A DNA stretch of 51,895 bases from Fidelibacterota bacterium (lineage in GTDB: Bacteria; Fidelibacterota; Marinisomatia; SCGC-AAA003-L08; GCA-2689995). Below, piece by piece: positions 1 through 9,579 of this stretch. Location of the stretch: positions 21,010 through 72,904 of the forward strand of contig NZIV01000063.1 of NCBI GenBank assembly GCA_002689995.1, read 5' to 3'. A model generated the notes under the pieces. It was not told where the DNA came from. It saw nothing but the letters and a program-made list of their open reading frames with translations, and did no database searches. A program made the translations under genes and the position numbers. Position 1 is the first letter of the stretch. Each line of letters starts with the position of its first letter.

Positions 1-1
1 T

Positions 2-385
2 AATACAGAAGAACTAAAACGTTCATTTCATAATTCCACAAAAATTAATTTATGGAGTTATTTTTGGAAAATTTTATCTATCTTTTTGATTTTACTTGGA
101 GTTATATTTGCTATATATAAATTTACTGGAGATAATTCCGTTTTTAGTAGAAAGTTAAATCAAGATAACCATTTTAAGATATTATACCAGCATTATTTAT
201 CATCAAGACAAAAAATTTTATTAATTAAATCCTTTGATAAATTCATCTTACTAGGTGTGACAGATCAATCAATTAATAAGATTACAGAATTTCAACAACA
301 TGAAATTGATGAGAAGAGTTTAGTAAGTTCACAATCACAACCATTTTTTAATGCTTTATTAGGAAAAAAATATAAAAATGGATAG
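2..385 (+). CDS. fliO: Flagellar biosynthesis protein FliO (5'-truncated by window edge)
   Basis: Frame is open from base 2 (NTEELKRSF...) into the listed ORF. TM helix followed by LSSRQKILLIK...ILLGVTDQSINKI, typical of FliO. Overlaps the fliP start. Confidence 0.75.
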   Translation, partial: NTEELKRSFHNSTKINLWSYFWKILSIFLILLGVIFAIYKFTGDNSVFSRKLNQDNHFKILYQHYLSSRQKILLIKSFDKFILLGVTDQSINKITEFQQHEIDEKSLVSSQSQPFFNALLGKKYKNG

Positions 386-1127
386 AAAATTATTAATATA
401 TCTTACAATATTTGGTATTTTTTTTACTGGACTTATTTATTCACAAAATACATTCCCATCTATAAAACTAGGATTAGAGGAATCCTCTAATCCTCAAGAC
501 TTTAGTTTAACTATAAAAATTGTTATTTTAATGACAATTTTATCTTTAGCACCATCAATAATTATGATGATGACCTGTTTTACAAGGATAATTATCGTTT
601 TTCACTTTCTTCGTTCAGCACTAGGAACTCAATCTGCTCCATCAAATCAAATATTGATAGGTTTGGCTCTTTTTATTACATATTTTGTTATGTCTCCAGT
701 AATTGATGAAGTAAATAATAATGCACTTCAACCATATCTTGAAGAAAAAGTTACACAAGAAGTTGCTATACAGGAAGCAGTCAAACCAATGAGAGCTTTT
801 ATGCTAAATCAAGTTAATGAAAAAAGCTTACAGATGTTTATAAATTTTTATCCCGGAGAAAAACCTAGTTCACCTGAAGAAATTTCTTTGTCAGTTTTAA
901 TTCCATCTTATATTTTAAGCGAGTTAACTATAGCTTTTAAAATTGGTTTTCTACTATACCTGCCAATGCTTTTACTTGACATGATTATTGCAAGTGTTTT
1001 AATGGCTATGGGAATGATGATGTTACCACCTGTTATTATTTCAATGCCATTTAAAATTATGCTCTTTGTATTAGTCGATGGGTGGAATTTAATCGTTGAA
1101 TCAATTGTATCTGGAATAAAAATCTGA
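378..1127 (+). CDS. fliP: Flagellar export apparatus protein FliP
   Basis: LAPSIIMMMTCFTRIIIV, LGTQSAPSNQILIGLALF and GMMMLPP...PFKIMLFVLVDGW motifs. Confidence 0.97.
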   Translation: MDRKLLIYLTIFGIFFTGLIYSQNTFPSIKLGLEESSNPQDFSLTIKIVILMTILSLAPSIIMMMTCFTRIIIVFHFLRSALGTQSAPSNQILIGLALFITYFVMSPVIDEVNNNALQPYLEEKVTQEVAIQEAVKPMRAFMLNQVNEKSLQMFINFYPGEKPSSPEEISLSVLIPSYILSELTIAFKIGFLLYLPMLLLDMIIASVLMAMGMMMLPPVIISMPFKIMLFVLVDGWNLIVESIVSGIKI

Positions 1128-1393
1128 TGGATTTAGATTATGTAGTATTTTTAAGTAACGAAACTATTATGACAGCAATTGCGATATGCTTCCCTATTTT
1201 GGGGTCAGCAATGTTAATTGGTCTTTTAATTGGTATATTTCAGGCAACAACTTCTATTCAGGAGGTAACATTAACTTTTATACCAAAAATTGCAGTCGTT
1301 GGCGTAGTACTACTTTTTATGCTACCTAATATACTAAATCAATTAGTCCAGTATACAATCAATATTTTTAATCAAATCCAGATTTTATTTTAA
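1127..1393 (+). CDS. fliQ: Flagellar export protein FliQ
   Basis: GIFQATTSIQEVTLTFIPKI motif; lies between fliP and fliR. Confidence 0.95.
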   Translation: MDLDYVVFLSNETIMTAIAICFPILGSAMLIGLLIGIFQATTSIQEVTLTFIPKIAVVGVVLLFMLPNILNQLVQYTINIFNQIQILF

Positions 1394-2184
1394 TGACTGA
1401 TATTTTCCCAATATTGGATTATTCCTTTAAATGGGTTCCTTCATTTATTTTAGCTTTTTCAAGAATTTCAGCAATGATATTTCTATTTCCTTATTTTGGA
1501 TATAATGCATTCAAGCCTCGTGTAAGAGTTATGTTTGTATTCATGTTGACTTTAATTATACTTCCATTCTCAGGACCATTCAATTTTCCAATGGATATGA
1601 CTCTATTATTTTTATTTTCTCTTTTAGTTAAAGAAATTGCAATTGGATTATTTATTGGATTTGGGAGTGTTTTTATTTTTGAACTTTTTACATTTGCAGG
1701 ATCAATTGCAGGAAAACAGATGGGGCTTGGAATGGCAGAAATGATGGACCCAACTCAGATGATTCGCTCTTCTCTTGTCGGTCAATTTTGGACACTAACA
1801 ATGATGATAGGATTTTTCAGCCTAGATTTTCATCACTTCCTAATCCAAATTATTATACATAATTTTCAAATTATTCCGCTAGGAAGTGGAAGCTTCCCCT
1901 CTGAGCTTGGTGAAATGTATATTAAAGCTGGTAGCAATTTATTTTATGTTGGATTTCAATTGGCTGCCCCTGCAATTGTTTTTATGATTATGCTTGATAC
2001 AGCAATTGCTCTAATGGCTCGAATTATGCCAAGCTTACCAGTTTTTTTAATTGTTCTACCTGTTAAAATTGGTATGGGATTATTTATTATTTCAATTTCA
2101 CTAGAAATTTTTCAAACTTTAGCGGAGCCGCTTCTAAAGGAAACTCAATATTTTATTCATAATACAATAAATTTAATTGGTTAA
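1393..2184 (+). CDS. fliR: Flagellar export protein FliR
   Basis: Hydrophobic 263 aa; AGSIAGKQMGLGMAEMMDP motif; synteny. Confidence 0.95.
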   Translation: MTDIFPILDYSFKWVPSFILAFSRISAMIFLFPYFGYNAFKPRVRVMFVFMLTLIILPFSGPFNFPMDMTLLFLFSLLVKEIAIGLFIGFGSVFIFELFTFAGSIAGKQMGLGMAEMMDPTQMIRSSLVGQFWTLTMMIGFFSLDFHHFLIQIIIHNFQIIPLGSGSFPSELGEMYIKAGSNLFYVGFQLAAPAIVFMIMLDTAIALMARIMPSLPVFLIVLPVKIGMGLFIISISLEIFQTLAEPLLKETQYFIHNTINLIG

Positions 2185-3245
2185 TGGCTGATACAGGACA
2201 AGAAAAAACAGAACAACCCACGCCCAAAAGGCGAAAAGAAGCTAGAGAAAAAGGTCAAGTTGTAAAAAGTGCAGAGTTAAATTCTGTTGTTATTATTTTA
2301 GGTGCAATTATTACATTATATTTTATGATAGAATCACTATCTTTTAATATGATAGAATTTACACGTCAGATTTTTCTTTCATCCTCTAATACTATTATTT
2401 CAACAGATACTATTCAGGAGCTAACAGGTAACGGATTAAATTTCGTTGCTAAAATGTTAATGCCAATTTTCATATTTTTACTTTTATTAGGACTTGGGAT
2501 AAATTTAGTGCAGGTTGGAGTTAATTTTTCAGTTAAACCATTAATGCCTAAATTTGAAAGAGTAAATCCGCAAAAGGGATTAAAAAGAATTTTTTCTATG
2601 CGATCAATAGCTGAAATGCTTAAAGGTGTGATTAAAATTACGATTGTTGCTGTAATTTGTTACTTTTTTATTAAAAATCAAATTGATGATTTTACTCTAT
2701 TAGCTCATAGTTCAATTCAAAGTATAATAGAATTTGTTGGTGATAAAATGTATACTATCTTTATATTAGTTTCAATAGCATTAATAATTCCTGCAGTAGG
2801 TGATTTTGCATACCAAAAGTGGGAGCATGAAAAAAATCTAAAAATGACTAAACAAGAAGTCAAAGAAGAATCTAAAGATACTGAAGGCAACCCTCAAATA
2901 AAGAGCAAAATAAAATCATTACAAATGCAGGCTAGTCGTAGAAGAATGATGCAGGCAGTTCCAGATGCAACTGTTGTAGTTACAAACCCTACACATATTG
3001 CAATTGCACTGAAATATGATTTAGATTGGAAAGGTAAAGCTCCTAAAGTTTTAGCACTTGGTAGGCGTAAAACTGCAGAAAAAATTAAAGAAATAGCAAA
3101 ACAGAATAATGTACCCATTATTGAAGATAAACCGCTTGCCAGAGCTCTTATAGAAGTAGGTCAAGTGGGCTATGAAATACCACAAATGTTTTTCATGGCA
3201 ATAGCTGAAATTTTAGCAAAGGTGTTTCAAAATAAAAATGAATGA
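2184..3245 (+). CDS. flhB: Flagellar export switch protein FlhB
   Basis: EKTEQPTPKR N-terminus, EGNPQIK and the NPTH autocleavage site. Confidence 0.97.
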   Translation: MADTGQEKTEQPTPKRRKEAREKGQVVKSAELNSVVIILGAIITLYFMIESLSFNMIEFTRQIFLSSSNTIISTDTIQELTGNGLNFVAKMLMPIFIFLLLLGLGINLVQVGVNFSVKPLMPKFERVNPQKGLKRIFSMRSIAEMLKGVIKITIVAVICYFFIKNQIDDFTLLAHSSIQSIIEFVGDKMYTIFILVSIALIIPAVGDFAYQKWEHEKNLKMTKQEVKEESKDTEGNPQIKSKIKSLQMQASRRRMMQAVPDATVVVTNPTHIAIALKYDLDWKGKAPKVLALGRRKTAEKIKEIAKQNNVPIIEDKPLARALIEVGQVGYEIPQMFFMAIAEILAKVFQNKNE

Positions 3246-5313
3246 ATTCTTTTTAAAATTATCAAAATATACTCGGCTCAGTGAATTAACTGTAGCAGCT
3301 TTTGTACTAATATTATTGATTTTAATGATAATACCTGTACCTTCTTGGATAATGGATTTTTTCCTAGCAATGAATTTTACTGGTGCACTAGTTATTTTAT
3401 TTATGGCAGTTTACGTTTTAAAACCTCTAGAATTTGCAGTCTTTCCTGGTGTACTTCTTATAATAACTTTATTTCGATTGGGGTTGAATATAAGTACTAC
3501 TCGGATGATTCTAAGTAAAGCTGATGCAGGTGAAATTATTGATGCATTTGGCAATTTTGTTACGCAAGGAAATCCTGTTGTAGGTTTCATTATATTCCTA
3601 ATTTTAGTTATAATCAATTTTGTTGTAATTACAAAAGGCTCTACAAGGGTTGCAGAAGTTGCCGCACGATTTACTTTAGACGCAATGCCTGGTAAACAAA
3701 TGGCAATTGATGCAGATTTAAATGCAGGTTTAATTGATGATAAACAAGCTCAAATTAGACGCACCGAAATTTCTCAAGAAGCCGATTTTTATGGTTCTAT
3801 GGATGGTGCGAGTAAATTTGTAAGAGGTGATGCAGTTGCGGGGCTATTAATTACAGCTATAAATTTAATTGGTGGATTAGTAATAGGTTCACTTCAAATG
3901 GGTATGTCATTATCTGATGCCGCAAACAAATTTGGTACTTTAACTATTGGTGACGGTCTAGTTGCTCAAATTCCTGCACTAATAATTTCGACTGGTACAG
4001 GAATCATTATTACACGGTCTTCTGGGCAATCAGGTAATCTCGGAACAGAAGTATTTTCTCAATTTTCTGCCCAACCTCGAGCAATGTTTATAACTGCTGG
4101 CGCAATGATTTCAATCGGATTATTACCTGGTATGCCTTTTTTACCTTTTTTTGTGATTGGTATTTTAATTGGTTCAGGTGGATTATGGTCAATTAAATTG
4201 CAGGAAGCGGAAGAATTAAAAATTCAAGAGGCGGAAGAAGCTGAAATTGAAGAAGTTGTAGAAGAACCTCCCGAAATTGAAGATTTAGTTCACCCTGATT
4301 CATTTGAAATTGAGGTTGGCTATGGTTTAATTTCCTTAGTTGACGATCAACAAGGCGGTAATTTGTTAAATAGAATTTCATCTGTTAGAAAATCTCTTGC
4401 CATGGAGCTAGGAATTGTAATACCTCCAATAAGAATTAGAGATTATGTTGAATTAGAACCCAATTCATACCGCTTTAAGGTTTATGGTATTCCTATTGAG
4501 GAGGGGGTGGTATATCCTAATAGATATATGGTTTTAGTTTTAGATGAAAAACCGCCTTTTGAAGGTATTGAGACAACAGACCCTACATTTGAATTACCAG
4601 CATTATGGATTACAGAAAAACAAAAAGAAGAAGCTGAAGTTTTAGGTCATACTGCTGTAGAAGCTGAAGCGGTTATTACTACACATTTACTTGAGTCCTT
4701 AAAGAAAAATTGTCATCGATTATTAGATCGACAAGAAACACAAAAAATTATTGATAAGTTAAAAGAAGAAAAAAGTGCAGTTATAGAAGGTCTTATTCCA
4801 GACCAAATTACAACGGGGGCAATACAAAAAGTATTAAAGAACTTATTAAAAGAAGGTATACCTATTCGAAATATGATTGTTATTTTAGAATCTATCTCAG
4901 ATAGCTTAAGTATATCTACTGACCCAGATGTTTTAACAGAATACGTACGCACTGCACTTGCAGATAATATTGCAAATATTTTTCAAGTTAAAAATCAACC
5001 ATTAAAAGTAATTACATTCTTACCTAAGCTAGAGGATAAAATTGGTCAATCTTTGAAAAATGAAATAGATTCACGTTATAATTTAGGATTAAATCCCGAG
5101 GGCGTTAATGAATTATTTACTAAAATTAGAACTGAAACTGATAAGATGAATAGAGATGGTGATACACCTATAATTTTAGTTTCTCCTATAATTCGTAGAT
5201 ATGTTAGAAGATTTTTAGAACCAGTATTCCCAAATATTACTATTTTATCTTACTCAGAACTACCACCAACTGTTCCATTAGATACTGTTGGACAAATAGG
5301 TATAAATGAATAA
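3238..5313 (+). CDS. flhA: Flagellar export gate protein FlhA
   Basis: RVAEVAARFTLDAMPGKQMAIDADL and FYGSMDGASKFVRGDA motifs. Confidence 0.98.
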   Translation: MNEFFLKLSKYTRLSELTVAAFVLILLILMIIPVPSWIMDFFLAMNFTGALVILFMAVYVLKPLEFAVFPGVLLIITLFRLGLNISTTRMILSKADAGEIIDAFGNFVTQGNPVVGFIIFLILVIINFVVITKGSTRVAEVAARFTLDAMPGKQMAIDADLNAGLIDDKQAQIRRTEISQEADFYGSMDGASKFVRGDAVAGLLITAINLIGGLVIGSLQMGMSLSDAANKFGTLTIGDGLVAQIPALIISTGTGIIITRSSGQSGNLGTEVFSQFSAQPRAMFITAGAMISIGLLPGMPFLPFFVIGILIGSGGLWSIKLQEAEELKIQEAEEAEIEEVVEEPPEIEDLVHPDSFEIEVGYGLISLVDDQQGGNLLNRISSVRKSLAMELGIVIPPIRIRDYVELEPNSYRFKVYGIPIEEGVVYPNRYMVLVLDEKPPFEGIETTDPTFELPALWITEKQKEEAEVLGHTAVEAEAVITTHLLESLKKNCHRLLDRQETQKIIDKLKEEKSAVIEGLIPDQITTGAIQKVLKNLLKEGIPIRNMIVILESISDSLSISTDPDVLTEYVRTALADNIANIFQVKNQPLKVITFLPKLEDKIGQSLKNEIDSRYNLGLNPEGVNELFTKIRTETDKMNRDGDTPIILVSPIIRRYVRRFLEPVFPNITILSYSELPPTVPLDTVGQIGINE

Positions 5314-5343
5314 TTTATGGTTTGAGATAAAGGGATAATTTAC

Positions 5344-6351
5344 ATGGAACGCTTTACTGGAACATCTTATGAATCTGCTATAGAGCTGGCAAAAAATAAA
5401 TTAAAAAATGGATTTAAAATTATTAATAAGCGAGAAATAAATCTCAGTAATTCTGGACTTTCAAACGAATCTTTATTTGAAATAATTGTGTCACAAGATA
5501 AAAATGTTCCTGAACTAACTAAAATGGAAAAATTAACAGATATAGATTACTCAATTTTTTTAAGTTTAATCAAAAAAGAATTAAAACCTTTAAACGAATT
5601 AAAAACTGATATTTTATTATTTCGTCAAGAAATAGATTTATTATCAAAAAGAATTAAAAATTTTATTCATCCTGAGTTAGAAACAAATGAATTCCCTGTT
5701 TATGACTTACTCTGTGAAATTGGTTTTGAAAAGCCTCTAGCTTTAAAATTTACACGAGAAATTTCTTTATCAAAAAATTCTTCTAATAATAAAGAAGGTT
5801 TAAATATAGCTTTTAATAAATCTTTTAAACATTTATTTCATACGTTATCTATTCAAGATAATGATGCAATTGTTTTCTTTGGACAATCTAAATCAGGAAA
5901 ATCAAAAGTTACAGAACTAATTGCAGATAAATTACTTAAATATCACTCTATTAACATCATAAAAGAATTAAACTTAGAAAAAAAAGTAAATAACGGAATC
6001 ACAATAATTGACTCACCATCAATTCGGTTAAACGAAATGGGAGTAATGAAAAATTTATCTAAACTAACTGATTCATACCAAAAAATATACCGAGTTTTAG
6101 TTGTTTCAGCTACAACAGGATTTGAAGATATGCTTCATTTAGTCGCAAGTTTTGCACCTATCAAACCAAGTTTTATTATATTTACAAAATTTGATGAAAC
6201 GACTCAACCAGGAAAACTAATAAGCTTATTATATGAAACAGGACTAAAAGCCTTTGGCTTAACAAGCTTTAATGATACTATTGAATACACAGAAGATTGT
6301 CAATCATTATTTGTCAGTACAATAGAAAAAAATCTTGGTATGTACAACTAA
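5344..6351 (+). CDS. flhF: FlhF-like SRP-family GTPase (divergent)
   Basis: Lies between flhA and flhG. FlhF-type N-terminus, P-loop-like GQSKSGKS and G4 TKFDE; the DTAG motif is altered. Confidence 0.7.
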   Translation: MERFTGTSYESAIELAKNKLKNGFKIINKREINLSNSGLSNESLFEIIVSQDKNVPELTKMEKLTDIDYSIFLSLIKKELKPLNELKTDILLFRQEIDLLSKRIKNFIHPELETNEFPVYDLLCEIGFEKPLALKFTREISLSKNSSNNKEGLNIAFNKSFKHLFHTLSIQDNDAIVFFGQSKSGKSKVTELIADKLLKYHSINIIKELNLEKKVNNGITIIDSPSIRLNEMGVMKNLSKLTDSYQKIYRVLVVSATTGFEDMLHLVASFAPIKPSFIIFTKFDETTQPGKLISLLYETGLKAFGLTSFNDTIEYTEDCQSLFVSTIEKNLGMYN

Positions 6352-7223
6352 TGTCTTCAACAAAAAATAACACTTTGAATTCAAATCAAAAAAAGATTCC
6401 ACAAATTATTGCAGTTACAAGTGGTAAAGGTGGCGTTGGCAAAACTAATTTTAGTGTAAATACTGCACTTTTATTATCTAAATTAAATCAAAAAGTTTTA
6501 ATAATAGATGCAGATATTCATTTAGGAAATGTAGATGTAATGTTTGGAATTTCACCAGACTTTACCTTGGTTGATGTTTTACATGGGAGTAAATCTTTAA
6601 AAGAAATTATTAAAAAAACACCCTATGGAGTAGATTTTCTCCCAGCAACATCTGGTGTTATGGATATAATAGAAGGTGAAGATAATATAGTTCTTTCAAT
6701 TGCTCAAGCTTTTAATGAATTTCAATATGATTATGATGTTATTTTAATTGATACAGGTGCTGGTGTGAGTATATCAACTCTCAGTTTTGTTTTAGGAACT
6801 GATAAAATTATAGTAGTTGTAACACCTGATCCTTCATCAATTTCTGATGCTTATGCAATGATTAAAATAATTAATCAATACCATGATGATGCGCAGATTA
6901 TGATGGTTGCAAATAAAGTAAGGAATGAAGAGATAGGAGAATCTCTTTTTTATAAAATGAATTTAATTGTTAATAAGTTCTTAAATACCTCTTTAATATT
7001 TGGAGGTTCGATAATAGACGATACACAGGTTTTGGCAAGTGTTCACGCTCAGCAACCGGTTGTTATTCGATATCCAAGATCTAAAGCTGTCATAAATATG
7101 CAATTAATTTCTAGAAGGATTTTAAAATTACCGGTAAGAAAATCTATTCCTAAGGATGGAAATTATTTTGACAGAGTTCGTGAAAAATTAAATAATTTAG
7201 ACTTAGAAGGTACATCTGCATGA
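6351..7223 (+). CDS. flhG: MinD/ParA-family flagellar number regulator FlhG/FleN
   Basis: SGKGGVGKT deviant Walker A and IDTGAG. Start placed at the ATG overlapping the flhF stop (TAATG) rather than 6297. Confidence 0.92.
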   Translation: MSSTKNNTLNSNQKKIPQIIAVTSGKGGVGKTNFSVNTALLLSKLNQKVLIIDADIHLGNVDVMFGISPDFTLVDVLHGSKSLKEIIKKTPYGVDFLPATSGVMDIIEGEDNIVLSIAQAFNEFQYDYDVILIDTGAGVSISTLSFVLGTDKIIVVVTPDPSSISDAYAMIKIINQYHDDAQIMMVANKVRNEEIGESLFYKMNLIVNKFLNTSLIFGGSIIDDTQVLASVHAQQPVVIRYPRSKAVINMQLISRRILKLPVRKSIPKDGNYFDRVREKLNNLDLEGTSA

Positions 7224-7471
7224 ATAGAACATTTGTTCAATTAGCTGCAATTCTAGCATTATTAACGTTCGTTCTAAAATTAAATTCTAATAATGATCCA
7301 TTTGATACATTTATATTTTCTGGATTGATTTTTATTGGAGTTATTTTCATTGTTCTCCTAGGTTTTTATTTCATTAGAACAGGTATTTCTTTTATGGAAA
7401 ACCAGGTTGAAAGTGAATCTGAAGTCAATATAGAAGATGATAATGAAGTTATTGAATCGGAGGATATTTAA
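7220..7471 (+). CDS. Small two-TM membrane protein with acidic tail
   Basis: ATGA overlap with flhG; two hydrophobic segments followed by a D/E-rich C-terminus. Confidence 0.7.
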   Translation: MNRTFVQLAAILALLTFVLKLNSNNDPFDTFIFSGLIFIGVIFIVLLGFYFIRTGISFMENQVESESEVNIEDDNEVIESEDI

Positions 7472-8254
7472 TTGCTGGAATATACAGCAGCTAAACCTAC
7501 TGAAGTAGATGGCGAATTACTTGTAAGAGAGTATTTTAAAAAGCCATCAGAACTAACTAAAAGTAAAGTTGTTACAGCATTTATTCCATTAGTTTATAAA
7601 ATTGTAAATCGTATGAATTTGTCTTCATCAAATATTTTATCAAAAGATGACTTAGTACAAATTGGGCTAGTTGGATTAATAGAAGCGTTGAATCGATTTG
7701 ATATTAGCGCAGGTATTAAGTTTAAATCCTATGCTTATACAAGAATAAACGGAGCCGTAATTGATGAAATAAGAAAATCTGGAGTTATTTCTCGTGGTAA
7801 ATTATCAAAATTAATGGCTATAGAAAAAATCACTTCAAAACTTAGTCAAGATTTAGGCAGAGATCCAATTGTAATTGAAATCTGCGAAAAAGCAGAAATT
7901 ACAGAAGACGACTATCATCAATTAATGGGAATAGCACAACTCAGCTATACCTTATCTTTAGATGAAAAGGTGGAAGGTGGTGACGATGAAGAATCTATGA
8001 CAAGGATAGAATCTGTTAAGGATCAAAGTATAGAGACTCCAGAAGATTTAATTATGCATGATTCTTTAAAAAATGATGTTATAAAAACTATTAAAAAATT
8101 ACCTGATAGAGAGAGATTAGCATTAGTATTATACTATTATGAAGAATTAACACTCCAAGAAATTGCAAATGTAATTGGTGTATCAGAATCTAGAGTTTCT
8201 CAAATATTAAATAAAACTTTAATGAAAATAAGGGTAGCAGTTGTAGAGGAGTAA
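7472..8254 (+). CDS. fliA: RNA polymerase sigma-28 factor FliA/WhiG
   Basis: DLVQIGLVGLIEA, FKSYAYTRINGAVIDEIR and YYEELTLQEIANVIGVSESRVSQI. Confidence 0.95.
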   Translation: MLEYTAAKPTEVDGELLVREYFKKPSELTKSKVVTAFIPLVYKIVNRMNLSSSNILSKDDLVQIGLVGLIEALNRFDISAGIKFKSYAYTRINGAVIDEIRKSGVISRGKLSKLMAIEKITSKLSQDLGRDPIVIEICEKAEITEDDYHQLMGIAQLSYTLSLDEKVEGGDDEESMTRIESVKDQSIETPEDLIMHDSLKNDVIKTIKKLPDRERLALVLYYYEELTLQEIANVIGVSESRVSQILNKTLMKIRVAVVEE

Positions 8255-8257
8255 ATT

Positions 8258-8533
8258 ATGGCATCACCAAGTGATATTCCAAAAATTCAATCTAATTTAA
8301 ATTTAAATCAATCAATTGCAACCGAATCAAGTAAAATTGATAAGGACTGCAAGGAACACTCCCATGAGCAATCAGACCATCCAAAAGACGAAAATGAAAA
8401 AGATAGTATTGAACTATCTCAACAAGCAAAAGAAAAACTAGAGAGTCAAAATATACCTCAATATAAAAAATCAAATGATGTATATGAAGATGATGAAGAT
8501 GCTCCTGGTCTCAATATAGATTTTAAGGTGTAA
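8258..8533 (+). CDS. Small hydrophilic flagellar-associated hypothetical protein
   Basis: Tightly follows fliA; DSIELSQQAKE motif and C-terminal GLNIDFKV. Confidence 0.6.
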   Translation: MASPSDIPKIQSNLNLNQSIATESSKIDKDCKEHSHEQSDHPKDENEKDSIELSQQAKEKLESQNIPQYKKSNDVYEDDEDAPGLNIDFKV

Positions 8534-8541
8534 GTTATAGG

Positions 8542-8817
8542 GTGGAATTTCAGATAGATACTTCAAAAAATTTACAGGAATTATTAAAAAGATTAAATCC
8601 TGGGTCAATTGTCAAGGGACGAATTCTTGATAAAATTGATGATTCTAAATATATACTAAGAATTTATGGCTATAATATTGTAACCGAATCTAAAAAATCT
8701 TTAAAAAAAGGTGAAGAACTTAAATTTGAAATCAAAAATAATAATAATCATTTAACAATCAAATTGATTGAATCAAACCAAAAATTGCAATCTAAACGAC
8801 TAAATATAATAGTATAA
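8542..8817 (+). CDS. Hypothetical flagellar-cluster protein (small beta domain)
   Basis: GTG start, in operon. The PGSIVKGRI...GEELKFEI pattern resembles N-terminal domains of FliK-like proteins. Confidence 0.55.
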   Translation: MEFQIDTSKNLQELLKRLNPGSIVKGRILDKIDDSKYILRIYGYNIVTESKKSLKKGEELKFEIKNNNNHLTIKLIESNQKLQSKRLNIIV

Positions 8818-9579
8818 ATGGATGACCAAGTAAAAGGAATTTCAGAGCTTCATTTTGATTTACAGGATGATAGGCTTCGTTCATTAGGCGAATTGAGCGC
8901 AAGTATTCTACATGAAATAAATCAGCCATTAACCAGTATTCGCATGTGTTCTGAGCTATCAATTAGATTGTTAGACAAAAATAATATTTCTTCATTAGAG
9001 AATCTTAAAAATAATATACAAGAAATATTAAATCTTACTCTAAGAATTGAAGAAATTATTACTCGATTACAGAACTTTACTCGAAATAATAATCTCAAAG
9101 ATTTCTCAAAAGTAGATTTAAATAAATCAATTAAGAACGCAATAAAGCTATTGGATCATCAATTTTTAAATGAAAATATCTCAATTATTACAAAATTAAA
9201 TAATATTCCGCTAATTCGTGGACATGAAATTTGGCTGGATCAAATTTTTATTAACTTGCTAAATAATGCTAAGCATGCTTTAGTAAGTTTAGATTTAAAT
9301 GGTTCAAATTCTAAAAAAAAAGAGATAATAATATGTACTGAATTTGTAAAACAAGATAGAAAAGTACATGTTATTGTACAAGATAATGCTGGTAGCATAG
9401 ATAAGGCAATAAAAGAAAAAATATTTGAGCCATTTTTTACAACTAAAGAGTTGACAGGTAATGGATTAGGATTATCTATAATTAAATTGATTATTAAATC
9501 ATTAAAAGGTACCATTGATTTAGATATAGATTATGGAAAACATAGTACTTTTAAAATTTTTTTCCCTACTGAATCATGA
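8818..9579 (+). CDS. Cytoplasmic histidine kinase core (HisKA + HATPase, no sensor)
   Basis: H-box LHEINQPL, N-box QIFINLLNNA, F-box IFEPFFTTK, G2 GNGLGL. Confidence 0.9.
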   Translation: MDDQVKGISELHFDLQDDRLRSLGELSASILHEINQPLTSIRMCSELSIRLLDKNNISSLENLKNNIQEILNLTLRIEEIITRLQNFTRNNNLKDFSKVDLNKSIKNAIKLLDHQFLNENISIITKLNNIPLIRGHEIWLDQIFINLLNNAKHALVSLDLNGSNSKKKEIIICTEFVKQDRKVHVIVQDNAGSIDKAIKEKIFEPFFTTKELTGNGLGLSIIKLIIKSLKGTIDLDIDYGKHSTFKIFFPTES

